64,000 nt of DNA from Eledone cirrhosa. Taxonomy: Eukaryota. Both the position numbers and the translations under genes were made by a program. The stretch spans positions 98,642,001-98,706,000 of the forward strand of contig OZ024743.1 of assembly GCA_964016885.1 (NCBI GenBank), given 5' to 3'. The first letter of the stretch is position 1; each line of letters opens with the position of its first letter. Below are positions 37,723 to 49,118 of this stretch, piece after piece. Under the pieces are notes generated by a model. It saw only the letters and a program-made list of their open reading frames with translations, did not search any database and had not been told where the DNA came from.

Positions 37723-38522
37723 ATATATATGTCAATATTGTTAATTTTCATCTAAACAAATCAAATCCTGATACAAGACAAACTTCTATTTCTGCTCCAT
37801 TTCTGTCAAACAAATTCCTAAAAATATTACAAAATTTGTTTAGCATATTTGTCTGATCTTGTCTGGTTGTATTTGATATTTTGGTGAACAATCTCAAATT
37901 CTTCTACTTCCTTTATGTGTCTTCTACTTAAACTCTTTTAATAATTATTTTAATCCTCTTGTTTTTTAAAAAGTTTAATATTCGATGGGCTTCTTCTTGT
38001 CTTTGACATTTGTGTATTTTGATTTTATAGTTTCTTTATTACCTTTCCTTGTGTTTACGTTGTTGTGTATATTTTCTTTGTCGCCATGATACTACAAAAC
38101 AATGATGGAAAGACACACATTTGTGGTATGTATGTGTGCATGTAATGTATGTAGGTAGGTAGGTAGGTAGGTAGGTGTGTATGTATGTACATATGTATGT
38201 ATGTGTTGAAAGAAACCTTATATCACATGACATTCTAATGAATTTGAATTTGTAATCAAACATGTAAAATAAAATATATAAATAAAATTCTGAAGAGATT
38301 GACACAAATGTCAAAAATAATCAAACATGAAATCTCAGGAAATTATATGTTGCCAAAAATGAAATAAATAACATAAAAAAGTTATAACTCAAGTTGAAAT
38401 ATAGTTAAAAAGTGATCTATGAAATAATGTAATACATCACTTTTCAGTTGGTATGGTGATAAAAATTATTTTATTACTGACAGCAGGACTCACAGACATT
38501 TATCTTTATATATATATATATA

Positions 38523-38785
38523 ACGGGTACAAGCTGAAGCTTAAGCATATAGACAATATACCCCCACCCTTCCCACTGTAAAGTGGACATGTAGGTGCCA
38601 CGGGAAAAAAGCACCCAGCACTCACTGTAAATGAGGTTGGTGTTAGGACGGGCATCCAGCTGTAGAAATCAGGTCCCGTATGAGCAAGACAAGGTCAGCC
38701 GACCGGGCACTGCCCACAACAGGACAACCGTCTAACCCATGCTAGCGTGGAAGAACGGATGTAAAACGGTGATGATGATGATGAT
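38523..38785 (+). mobile_element. RTE family A 3'UTR fragment
   Basis: Matches 33786-34094 and ends in (GAT)n, with (TA)n flanks. Confidence 0.85.
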
Positions 38786-38798
38786 ATATATACATATA

Positions 38799-39060
38799 TA
38801 TAGTAAAATAAAATAAAACAAGGACGAGTGGTTACTCCTTCATTACGGTTATTGGTTGGTGACGCGCGTTTCGCGACTGATCAGCTCAAGGTTTGATCTG
38901 TATCGATCTAGCCCAACTCTGTAATCCACCACTCGTCCTTGTTTTATTTTATTTTACTATAATATACTCTGTCTAGCTCTACACCTCGACACTGAAGTGA
39001 ACCTAAACATCGAGTGGTCACCCGGGTGAACTTTCAGTAACTCCAAGTTACACACCTAGA
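38799..39060. mobile_element. Short PLE-like remnant: 34-bp inverted repeat, half hammerhead motif, unpaired tail
   Basis: 38799-38832 and 38928-38961 are inverted. The minus strand between them has GAAA-CGCGCG-TC. (TA)n flanks. Confidence 0.55.
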
Positions 39061-39070
39061 TATATATATA

Positions 39071-40119
39071 GAGAGAGAACTCAACAACGCTGACAATAAA
39101 ATCTGGCAGCTTAAGGACACAAACCAGGAATATGGGATTAGCTGGTTGAAATTATCGGGAGCCTACAACAATGGAATGTCCCACTGCGGACTTTGCAATA
39201 TGGAGCTATTCCATATTTTAAAGTATGATAAGATGCTGCTTAACAACAAAATAGAAAGATCAGTGTTCTGTAGGCACAAAGCATCTACCAAGTTCACAAA
39301 TTTCAAACCAACATGATTCGACCCAGCGATCTCAAAATTTGAGCTGAACCACCCGGATTTTAATGTACTGACTACATACCACCCCACTGTTATTAGCTGT
39401 CAACTGACCAACTAGTCACTAGATCAATATCATAAATCTCCTAAGCTTTCTTTCACTCTCTCTCCCTAAAGCCACATCACCTCCATTAAGATAAGACAAT
39501 CAACATGTGAGACATTTACCACACATATATCAAAACTCTCCTTCCCCGTCCTTAGCCCTACCCTTTATGTCTCATCCTCGTATTGCCACCTCTACTCTCT
39601 GTCTCTTGTCCTGTATCTCTTCCCCTCTCACTTAATTTTTAATTTATTATTTTTTATCTGTCATTTATTACTATTTTTTATTCCCTACTTCTAACCCTCT
39701 GAGATTTGACCACCGCATATGTATGTATCTAATGTTGCTTTTCATGTTAGTATTACCTCCACCCTCACTACGTCTTTACACATACACTTACCCACTACCA
39801 CCACTATTATCAGCAATCGTATTCGGTACTTATATTTTTTTAATGTATTTTTTACATCTGTAACTTCTTTACCTCTTTATCATTATATTTTATTATTGAT
39901 GTTATTGTTTTGATTCTCTGTTGTATCTATACCAATGCCATATGTAAAACCTCCAGTATTCCGATGATTTGATCAGAGGTAAACACAGTATTTAAGGTCG
40001 AGTGACGCAACTTCGAGTGATTAGTGGCTTTTAGACTCACCTGATCAATGATACAATTGTTAATACTTGAAATAAAAGCCTTTTTGTACAGCCGACCATA
40101 TTATTCTTCACTCTTTCAC
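39071..40119 (+). mobile_element. 3' end of a Naiad/Chlamys-type PLE (endonuclease C-terminus, UTR, hammerhead)
   Basis: 39071-39316 reads NKIWQLKDTNQEYGISW...AYNNGMSHCGLCNME...LLNNKIERSVFCRHK, with NSTTL just upstream in an adjacent frame. A hammerhead motif and AATAAA follow, with (TA)n flanks. Confidence 0.75.
39955..40067 (+). ncRNA. Type-I hammerhead ribozyme motif with variant core
   Basis: AGTATT-CCGATGA-TTTGATCAG...CTGATCAAT-GATA-CAATTG-TT-AATACT. It has a 6-bp stem I, an 8-bp stem II and a palindromic stem III. GAAA reads GATA. Confidence 0.7.
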
Positions 40120-40424
40120 TATATATATATATCTTTGGTTGTGTCAAGGATTGTTTTATGATCTGATGGAGTGAAGAGGGCTTATATGTCTAAAGTGTCC
40201 CCACCTAACCACACAAGTCACTGAATATCATGTTGGTGCTCACCAAAAGTGACTCAAGTCAGGAATCATTGTTGTCTCTGATACCAATTAATGGGAACTA
40301 GTTGATGGGCAAGTGTATAAGGAACCATAAGATCAGGTGCTCTTGTTCAGCTATCAGTTCTGAAAACATATTGTACTATATGCTTTGCCCCTCTAATATT
40401 ATTCACACCTCCAATATTATGTGT

Positions 40425-40660
40425 ATGTGGTTAGAATCTCTCAGGAAAGAATCGCTGGACAGTTTTTATGGGCAAAACCAACTGGCAAGAGACCCAGGGG
40501 TAGACCCTGATCAAGATGATTGGACAATATCCATGAGCTTGGCTGGTCTTCCTTGGGGATCCAGCTGGATTGATTGGAAACAGTTCCTTCTGACTGAACC
40601 TGCTGGAAGGAGAGTTTGAGGATTCTGCCCTCATGACACTCCCAGGAATAAGTGAGCAAA
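40425..40660 (+). pseudogene. Old RTE-type LINE C-terminal fragment (third family)
   Basis: Reads RISQERIAGQF / AKPTGKRPRGRP*SR*LDNIHELGWSSLGIQ across a frameshift, matching the RTE GxRxRGRPxxRW motif. Confidence 0.6.
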
Positions 40661-41197
40661 GAAGGTGTTATGTTATTTTTTTTTTTATTTCCTGCAAATT
40701 AGAAAGTGTGTGTGCTTAACCCTTTTGATTTGAAACTGCTTGAAACCACCCCTGGTTCTCTGATATAAAACTGTTTTCCATGCTGGCATGGGTTAGACAA
40801 GTCATCACAGTATGCGACAAGACTAGCTTAAACAATACAACATAATTTTATGTAAGAAGCATTGTTAGTTATGCTCCAAACACCAGTTTAATAATGAGAC
40901 AATTAATTATATTACTAAATCTCCACAAATTGTTGAATATTTTCTAAGTAAATTGGAAATCAAAAGTAATATTTATCATCAGAAATATGGTAATGAAAAG
41001 ATTTATATAATTCATTCTTGCTTTTACTCTTTTTCTCTTTAGGAACTGTCTAGATCTCTTCAATGTTATTTCTGTTATTATTATAATGATGATGGACTGA
41101 ACTTATTGTTCGCGGTTTCCACCAGAGATGTATTCTATGAAGGTTACCTCCCTTTCTTGGATGTCTGAATAACCCCCCCCCCCCAAAAAAAAAATAC

Positions 41198-41392
41198 GGC
41201 GGTAGATTGGCAGTATCGGTAGAGGGTTGGACGCCATGCTTTGACGCATAGAGTTACAGCCCTTTACAGTCTGAGTTCAAATCCCGCCAAGGTTAACTTT
41301 GCCTTTCATCGGTACAGAGTCGATAAAATAAAGTACCAGTAATGTACTTGGTGATTGCTGGCCTTGTGCCAAAAGTAGAAACAATTATTATT
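41198..41392 (+). mobile_element. tRNA-derived SINE family 2 (Meta-like domain)
   Basis: TGGCAGTATCGG (A box), GAGTTCAAATCC (B box), TTTGCCTTTCATC...GTCGATAAAATAAAGTACCAG, and tail GGCCTTGTGCCAAAAGTAGAAAC(AAT/TAT)n. Confidence 0.82.
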
Positions 41393-41582
41393 TTCATTTA
41401 CTAGCCACAAGGGTTTACACACAGAATACAATAAATCTGTGAGTTGCAGGTGGGGATGGACAAAACAAAGGTCTATAAAAATGGGGTTTAAAGCAAGGAT
41501 GTATACAATTTATAACATTGGATAAAAACAGGAAATAAGTATAAAATATCATAAAAACAAAACAATAAAAATAATAACAACA

Positions 41583-41767
41583 GTAATAATTGTTTCTACT
41601 TTTGGCACAAGGCCAACAAATACCCAGTGCATTACTGGTACTTTATTTTATCGACCCCGTAAGGATGAAAAGCAAAGTTAACCTAGGCGCGATTTGAACT
41701 CAGAATGGCAAGGGTCAAAGCATCTCTATGCGTCAAAGCATGACATCCGGCCCTCTACCGATACTAC
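41583..41767 (-). mobile_element. tRNA-derived SINE family 2; its head continues into a minisatellite
   Basis: Reverse complement of 41198-41392. Confidence 0.82.
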
Positions 41768-41788
41768 CCCCCCCCCCCCCCCCCCCCC

Positions 41789-43060
41789 CATGACATCCCA
41801 CCCTCTACCGATACTACCAACCCCCCACCCATGACATCCGACCCTCTACCGATACTACCAACCTCCCACCCATGACATCCGACCCTCTACCGATACTACC
41901 AACCCCCCACCCATGACATCCGACCCTCTACCCATACTACCAACCCCCCACCCATGACATCCGACCCTCTACCGATACTACCAACCCCCCACCCATGACA
42001 TCCGACCCTCTACCCATACTACCAACCCCCCACCCATGACATCTGACCCTCTACCGATACTACCAACCCCCCACCCATGACATCCGACCTTCTACCCATA
42101 CTACCAACCCCCCACCCATGACATCTGACCCTCTACCGATACTACCAACCTCCCACCCATGACATCCGACCCTCTACCGATACTACCAACCCCCCACCCA
42201 TGACATCCGACCCACTACCCATACCACCAACCCCCCACCCATGACATCTGACCCTCTACCGATACTACCAACCCCCCACCCATGACATCCGACCCACTAC
42301 CCATACCACCAACCCCCCACCCATGACATCTGACCCTCTACCGATACTACCAACCCCCCACCCATGACATCCCACCCTCTACCGATACTACCAACCCCCC
42401 ACCCATGACATCCGACCCTCTACCGATACTACCAACCTCCCACCCATGACATCCGACCCTCTACCGATACTACCAACCCCCCACCCATGACATCCGACCC
42501 TCTACCCATACTACCAACCCCCCACCCATGACATCCGACCCTCTACCGATACTACCAACCCCCCACCCATGACATCCGACCCTCTACCCATACTACCAAC
42601 CCCCCACCCATGACATCTGACCCTCTACCGATACTACCAACCCCCCACCCATGACATCCGACCTTCTACCCATACTACCAACCCCCCACCCATGACATCT
42701 GACCCTCTACCGATACTACCAACCTCCCACCCATGACATCCGAACCTCTACCGATACTACCAACCCCCCACCCATGACATCCGACCCACTACCCATACCA
42801 CCAACCCCCCACCCATGACATCTGACCCTCTACCGATACTACCAACCCCCCACCCATGACATCCGACCCACTACCCATACCACCAACCCCCCACCCATGA
42901 CATCTGACCCTCTACCGATACTACCAACCCCCCACCCATGACATCCGACCCTCTACCCATACTACCAACACCCCACCCATGACATTCGACCCTCTACCCA
43001 TACTACCAACCCCCCACCCATGACATCCGACCCTCTACCCATACTACCAACCCCCCACCC
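41789..43060. repeat. 41-bp minisatellite CATGACATCCGACCCTCTACCGATACTACCAACCCCCCACC, about 31 copies, derived from the SINE head
   Basis: Direct tandem units whose reverse complement aligns to the first ~41 nt of SINE family 2. Confidence 0.95.
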
Positions 43061-43137
43061 TCAACAGTAATAATGGTAATTTGTAATTTAGACATAAGGC
43101 CAGAAATCTAAGGAAAGAAAGTCAATTAAATTGACGT

Positions 43138-43407
43138 CATTACGTGACTGGTACTTTATTTTATAGACCCCAGTACGTGACTGGTACTTTATTTTATAGA
43201 CCCCAGTACGTGACTGGTACTTTATTTTATAGACCAGACCCCAGTACGTGACTGGTACTTTATTTTATAGACTCCATTACGTGACTGGTACTTTATTTTA
43301 TAGGAACCAGTACGTGACTGGTACTTTATTTTATAGACCCCAGTACGTGACTGGTACTTTATTTTATAGACCCCAGTACGTGACTGGTACTTTATTTTAT
43401 AGACCCC
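43138..43407. repeat. 33-bp minisatellite CCCCAGTACGTGACTGGTACTTTATTTTATAGA, about 8 copies, inside a minus-strand family-2 SINE (~43085-43455)
   Basis: Tandem units flanked by the SINE tail on the left and by GGATGAGAGGTAAAGTTGAC...GATTTGAACTCAG on the right. Confidence 0.9.
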
Positions 43408-43576
43408 AGGAGGATGAGAGGTAAAGTTGACTTTGGATTTGAACTCAGAATGTAAAGAATTGGAATAAATGCCAAAGTCAACAATAACAACAACAACAAC
43501 AACAGCCATCTATTACTATAAACATATCAGCAACAGTAGCATCATTAGTATTAGCAACAGTAGCACTAAACATATG

Positions 43577-44797
43577 GGTGGTGGTGGTGGTGGTGGTGGT
43601 GGTGGTGGTGGTGGTGGTGGTGGTGGTGGTGGTGGTGGTGGTGGTGGTGGTGGTGGTGGTGGTGGTGGTGGTGGTGGTGGTGGTGGTGGTGGTGATGATG
43701 GTTGTGGTGGTGGTGGTGGTGATGGTGGTGGTGATGTTTGTGGTGGTGGTGGTGGTGGTGATGGTTGTGGTGATGGTGGTGATGATGGTTGTGCTGGTGG
43801 TGGTGGTGGTGATGGTGGTGGTGATGGTTGTGGTGGTGGTGGTGGTGGTGGTGGTGATGGTTGTGGTGGTGGTGGTGATGGTGGTGGTGGTACTGGTGAT
43901 GGTTGTGGTGGTGGTGGTGATGGTTGTGGTGGTGGTGATGGTGGTGGTGATGGTTGTGATGGTGGTGGTGGTGGTGGTGGTGATGGTTTGGTGGTGGTGG
44001 TGGTGGTGGTGATAGTGGTGGTGGTGATGGTGGTGGTGATGGTTGTGGTGGTGGTGGTGATGGTTGTGGTGGTGGTGGTGATGGTGGTGATGATGGTTGT
44101 GCTGGTGGTGGTGGTGGTGGTGGTGGTGGTGGTGGTGGTGATGATGATGATGGTTGTGGTGGTGATGGTGGTGGTGATGGTTGTGGTGGTGGTGGTGATG
44201 GTGGTGGTGATGGTGGTGGTGATGATGGTGATGGTGGTGATGATAATGGTTGTGGTGGTGATGGTGGTGGTGATGGTGGTGGTGGTGATGGTGATGTTGA
44301 TGATGATGGTAGTGGTGGTGGTGGTGGTGATGGTGGTGGTGGTGGTGATGATGGTTGTGGTGGTGGTGGCGGTGATGATGGTGATGATGGTTGTGGTGGT
44401 GGTTGTGGTGGCGATGTTGGTGGTGGTTGCGGCGGTGTTGGTGGTAGTGGTGATGGTGGTGATGGTGGTGGTGATGGTGATGGTGGTGGTGGTTGTGGTG
44501 GTGATGGTGGTGGTGGTGGTGATGATGGTGATGGTGGTGATGATGGTTGTGGTGGTGATGATGGTGATGGTGGTGATGATATTTGTGGTGGGCGGTGTTG
44601 CTGGTGGTGTTGGTGATGATGGTGATGGTGGCATTGGTGGTGGTGGTGGCGGTGGTGGTGGTGGTGGTGGTGGTGGTGGTGGCAGTGGTGGTGGTGGTGG
44701 TAGTGGTGGTGGTGGCAGTGGTGGTGGTGGTGGTGGCAGTGGTGGTGGTAGTGGTGGCAGTGGTGGTGGCAGTGGTGGTGGTGGTGGTGGTGGTGGT
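43577..44797. repeat. (GGT)n-based compound trinucleotide tract, ~1.2 kb
   Basis: Pure GGT at 43577-43693, then GGT/GAT/TGT mixtures, then GGT/GGC/AGT. Confidence 0.97.
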
Positions 44798-44956
44798 GAC
44801 AATGACACCGCCACCGATGATGATGATTCTTTAGTAGTAGTAGTAGTAGCAGTGATTACAATATATTTACAGCTAGATGTGTTTCATTATGCAGAAAGCC
44901 ATCCTGGTTGGTTTAACAGCGAGCATATGTATGTAGATTATTTTGTGACAAGATAC

Positions 44957-47138
44957 AGTGCTGTGTAGTCTGATATAATGCTGTGTAGTCTGATATAATG
45001 CTGTGTAGTCTGATATAATGCTGTGTAGTCTCATATAATGCTGTGTAGTCTGATATAATGCTCTGTAGTCTGATATAATGCTGTGTAGTCTGATATAAGA
45101 CTGTGTAGTCTGATATAGTGCTGTGTAGTCTGATACAGTGCTGTGTAGTCTGATATAATGCTGTGTAGTCCGATACAGTTCTGTGTAGTCTGATATAATG
45201 TTGTGTAGTCTGATATAATGCTGTGTAGTCTGATATAATGCTGTGTAGTCTGATATAATGCTCTGTAGTCTGATATAATGCTCTGTAGTCTGATACAGTG
45301 CTGTGTAGTCTGATATAAGACTGTGTAGTCTGATATAAGACTGTGTAGTCTGATATAATGCTGTGTAGTCTGATACTGTGCTGTGTAGTCTGATATAATG
45401 CTGTGTAGTCTGATATAATGCTGTGTAGTCTGATATAATGCTGTGTAGCCTGATATAATGCTGTGTAGTTTGATATAATGCTCTGTAGTCTGATATAATG
45501 CTGTGTAGTCTGATATAATGCTGTGTAGTCTGATATAATGCTGTGTAGTCTGATATAATGCTGTGTAGTCTGATATAATGCTGTGTAGTCTGATACAGTG
45601 CTGTGTAGTCTGATACAGTGCTGTGTAGTCTGATATAATGCTGTGTAGTCTGATATAATGCTGTGTAGTCTGATATAATGCAGTGTAGTCTGATATAGTG
45701 CTGTGTAGTCTGATACAGTGCTGTGTAGTCTGATAGAGTGCTGTGTAGTCTGATATAATGCTGTGTAGTCTGATACAGTGCTGTGTAGTCTGATATAATG
45801 CTGTGTAGTCTGATATAATGCTGTGTAGTCTGATATAATGCTGTGTAGTCTGATATAATGCTGTGTAGTCTGATACAGTGCTGTGTAGTCTGATACAATG
45901 CTCTGTAGTCTACTATAATGCTGTGTAGTCTGATATAAGACTGTGTAGTCTGATATAATGCTGTGTAGTCTGATATAATGCTGTGTAGTCTGATACAGTG
46001 CTGTGTAGTCTGATATAATGCTGTGTAGTCTGATATAATTGTTTCTACTTTAGGCACAAGGCCAGCAATTACCCAGTGCATTACTGGTACTTTATTTTAT
46101 CGACCCCGTAAGGATGAAAGGCAAAGTCAACCTCGGCGGGATTTGAACTCAGATCGTAAAGGGACGTAACTATGCTGGAAAGCATGGCGTCCGACCCTCT
46201 ACCGATACTGCCAATCCACCACCCTTCTGTAGTCTGATATAATGCTGTGTAGTCTGATATAATGCTGTGTAGCCTGATATAATGCTGTGTAGTCTGATAT
46301 AATGCTCTGTAGTCTGATATAATGCTCTGTAGTCTGATATAATGCTGTGTAGTCTGATATAATGCTGTGTAGTCTGATATAATGCTGTGTAGTCTGATAT
46401 AATGCTGTGTAGTCTGATACAGTGCTGTGTAGTCTCATACAGTGCTGTGTAGTCTGATATAATGCTGTGTAGTCTGATACAGTGCTGTGTAGTCTGATAT
46501 AATGCTGTGTAGTCTGATATAATGCTGTGTAGTCTGATATAATGCTGTGTAGTCTGATACAGTGCTGTGTAGTCTGATACAATGCTCTGTAGTCTAATAT
46601 AATGCTGTGTAGTCTGATATAAGACTGTGTAGTCTGATATAATGCTGTGTAGTCTGATATAATGCTGTGTAGTCTGATACAGTGCTGTGTAGTCTGATAC
46701 AGTGCTGTGTAGCCTGATACAGTGCTGTGTAGTCTGATATAATGCTGTGTAGTCTGATATAATGCTGTGTAGTCTGATATAATGCTGTGTAGTCTGATAC
46801 AGTGCTGTGTAGTCTGATGTAGTGCTGTGTAGTCTGATATAATGCTCTGTAGTCTGATATAATGCTGTGTAGTCTGATATAATGTTGTGTAGTCTGATAT
46901 AATGCTGTGTAATCTGATACAATGCTGTGTAGTCTGATACAATGCTGTGTAGTCTGATATAATGCTGTGTAGTCTGATATAATGCTGTGTAGTCTGATAC
47001 AGTGCTGTGTAGTCTGATACAATGCTCTGTAGTCTGATATAATGCTGTGTAGTCCGATACAGTTCTGTGTAGTCTGATATAATGCTGTGTAGTCTGATAC
47101 AGTTCTGTGTAGTCTGATATAATGCTGTGTAGTCTGAT
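44957..47138. repeat. 20-bp minisatellite GCTGTGTAGTCTGATATAAT, about 100 copies, split by a SINE
   Basis: Two blocks, ~44957-46039 and ~46227-47138, in the same orientation. Confidence 0.97.
46036..46220 (-). mobile_element. tRNA-derived SINE family 2 inserted in the 20-bp minisatellite
   Basis: Full-length match to 41198-41392 in reverse orientation. Confidence 0.87.
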
Positions 47139-47801
47139 GCCATATATATACATAGGTTTCTTTTGACTAGACATAAAGTCAATAAATTTGCAAAGTAGGA
47201 ATATAGTTTAAATAAGTCTGATATATTATTGGGGACTGAAATAGGATAAGCTGAAGATTATTACAAAATAAGCTTCAGTACTGTTTATTAAGTAAATATT
47301 AAGTGTTTAAATGATAAAAGTTTACTATGTTTATAAAAATAAGAGTAGAAAATATGTGAAATATATGAGAAATAGTTGCAAGTTGTGTGGTTTAACCCTT
47401 TAGCATTACTTTATATATACTATTGTATTTTCACAGTAAAGGCTTTATTTCTGAAAACTATCTAACATAATATCGAATCTATTAGATTTTGATATTATTT
47501 ATTTTGAGAACAATACCTTAACATTAGTATGAATAGCTGGTCACAGCTGTTTTGAACAGAAAGATGTGAGAGAATTCTGGCCGGATATGGCTGGTTTGAA
47601 TGCTAAAGAGTTAAAAGTTTGTTTTGTGATACACTGAGCAAGTTATTTTCTACTATAGCTGAAAATTGAGCAATGACAAGTGAGTATCTATCTATCTATC
47701 TATATATATAAAACTGTAATATCAAAACAGTACTCGCAGAAGTACTGAATGAAACAACTTTCATAAGAAAAGACAGACTGTATGGAAGCCTAGCAATTAT
47801 C

Positions 47802-49085
47802 ATGAAGAACGAATCGGCGGCAAAAAAATGTGCTTTGTCACCGATTCGTTCGAAAAATTTCACCTTTTATCCATCTTATATGGGAAAAAAAACTCAACGC
47901 ATATGGCTGGATGCAATGATGCCAGATGTGGACTACTGCTGGCTCATAGCTGGCTTCATCGATCCAGTGAATGACAACGTGATTTCCATTGGGAAAACCA
48001 CAGGCAATGCGTTCAGTGGAACAGGTATAGAGCTGGTAGTACAAATGAAGCCTGAACGCATCGCCCAAATACCCGACAGAATCCTATTAGAGGACCACGG
48101 GTATATAAACATTAGCGTGGAGGGGAGAAGGCCGTCCTGCCATATCTGTGCAGGCAGAGGGCACCTGAAGGCCGCTTGTCCCCAACTCAACAAAAAGAAA
48201 ACCCTGCTACCAACACCAGCTCCACCACCACCACCACAACAGATAAACAAACAACAAAACTCAGTCCCACCCAACCCGTCCCTCAGTAACACCACAACAC
48301 CACCACAACACAAACAGTCACAACACATTACCCCAAAACAAAATACAGGCCCACCCAACCTCTCACTCAATAAAACAACACAACCACCGCAGACACAACA
48401 CACAACACAGTCTAACATAGTGACATCCATCTCCCCCACAAAGAAAACCAACACGGAAACATTACCAGCAAACATACCTCTTCCCTCCAACACTGAAGAT
48501 AACCCAACGAATTCGGAGGAAGAAACGGAGTCCTTCAGACAGATTAAAAGGAAAAAAAGAAAACATGTGCAAAACACACAAGGACAAACAACCCCCACCC
48601 AAATCGCAACACAATCTAACAAAACAGAAAACACCCCTCCAGCAACAAACAAAACCAAACCTGCCCCTCCCCTCTTCGAAACACTCACACCATCGGAAAA
48701 AAAGACATTACACTATACTTACATCAACAGAAACAATAATAAATTAAATGAACTCATATACAATAATCCTTCGGTACAAACCGAAGGTGTAAACTTTGTT
48801 TCGTCAGAAAACCACCCACATTTAAAACTAATAAAAATCCCAATGAACCTCTACCAAAAACTAAAAAAGGATTTTAAGGAGGACGTAGGACCACCCTCTG
48901 TCAAACCCATAAACCGCGTCCTACTAAAAAGCTTTCCCCCTCCCCTTCCCCTCCCCAACACAACTCCAAACACCCCAACCCCACCACACACTGACGACCC
49001 CACACCACCACAAGACACCCCTTCACCCAACACCCCCGACCCCATGGAAGTCGTGCAACCCGAACCCCGGGAAGCGGAAAGGTAG
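47802..49085 (+). CDS. LINE ORF1 protein (gag-like, CCHC zinc knuckle, Pro/Thr/Gln-rich tail)
   Basis: Contains CHICAGRGHLKAAC (CX2CX4HX4C). The frame is open for 28 more codons back to the 5' junction at 47718, so the true N-terminus is probably missing. Confidence 0.85.
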   Translation: MKNESAAKKCALSPIRSKNFTFYPSYMGKKTQRIWLDAMMPDVDYCWLIAGFIDPVNDNVISIGKTTGNAFSGTGIELVVQMKPERIAQIPDRILLEDHGYINISVEGRRPSCHICAGRGHLKAACPQLNKKKTLLPTPAPPPPPQQINKQQNSVPPNPSLSNTTTPPQHKQSQHITPKQNTGPPNLSLNKTTQPPQTQHTTQSNIVTSISPTKKTNTETLPANIPLPSNTEDNPTNSEEETESFRQIKRKKRKHVQNTQGQTTPTQIATQSNKTENTPPATNKTKPAPPLFETLTPSEKKTLHYTYINRNNNKLNELIYNNPSVQTEGVNFVSSENHPHLKLIKIPMNLYQKLKKDFKEDVGPPSVKPINRVLLKSFPPPLPLPNTTPNTPTPPHTDDPTPPQDTPSPNTPDPMEVVQPEPREAER

Positions 49086-49118
49086 GTCTCTACACTCTCC
49101 TTTGGCTCTACCGCCCAC

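Noticed and set aside
39310-39362. SECIS element after the Naiad-like ORF
   Set aside because: ATGA...AA...GA is present, but the helix between them does not pair over the required length.
41789-43060. Common origin with the large satellite because both have 41-bp units
   Set aside because: There is no sequence similarity, and this unit is explained by the SINE head.
43469-44968. 499-aa Gly/Val-rich and 432-aa Pro/Thr-rich ORFs
   Set aside because: They are by-products of a stop-free trinucleotide tract that is open in several frames on both strands.
44873-47182. 327-402 aa repetitive ORFs (SDYTALYQTTQHYIRLH)
   Set aside because: They are translations of a 20-bp minisatellite, open in multiple frames and interrupted by a SINE.
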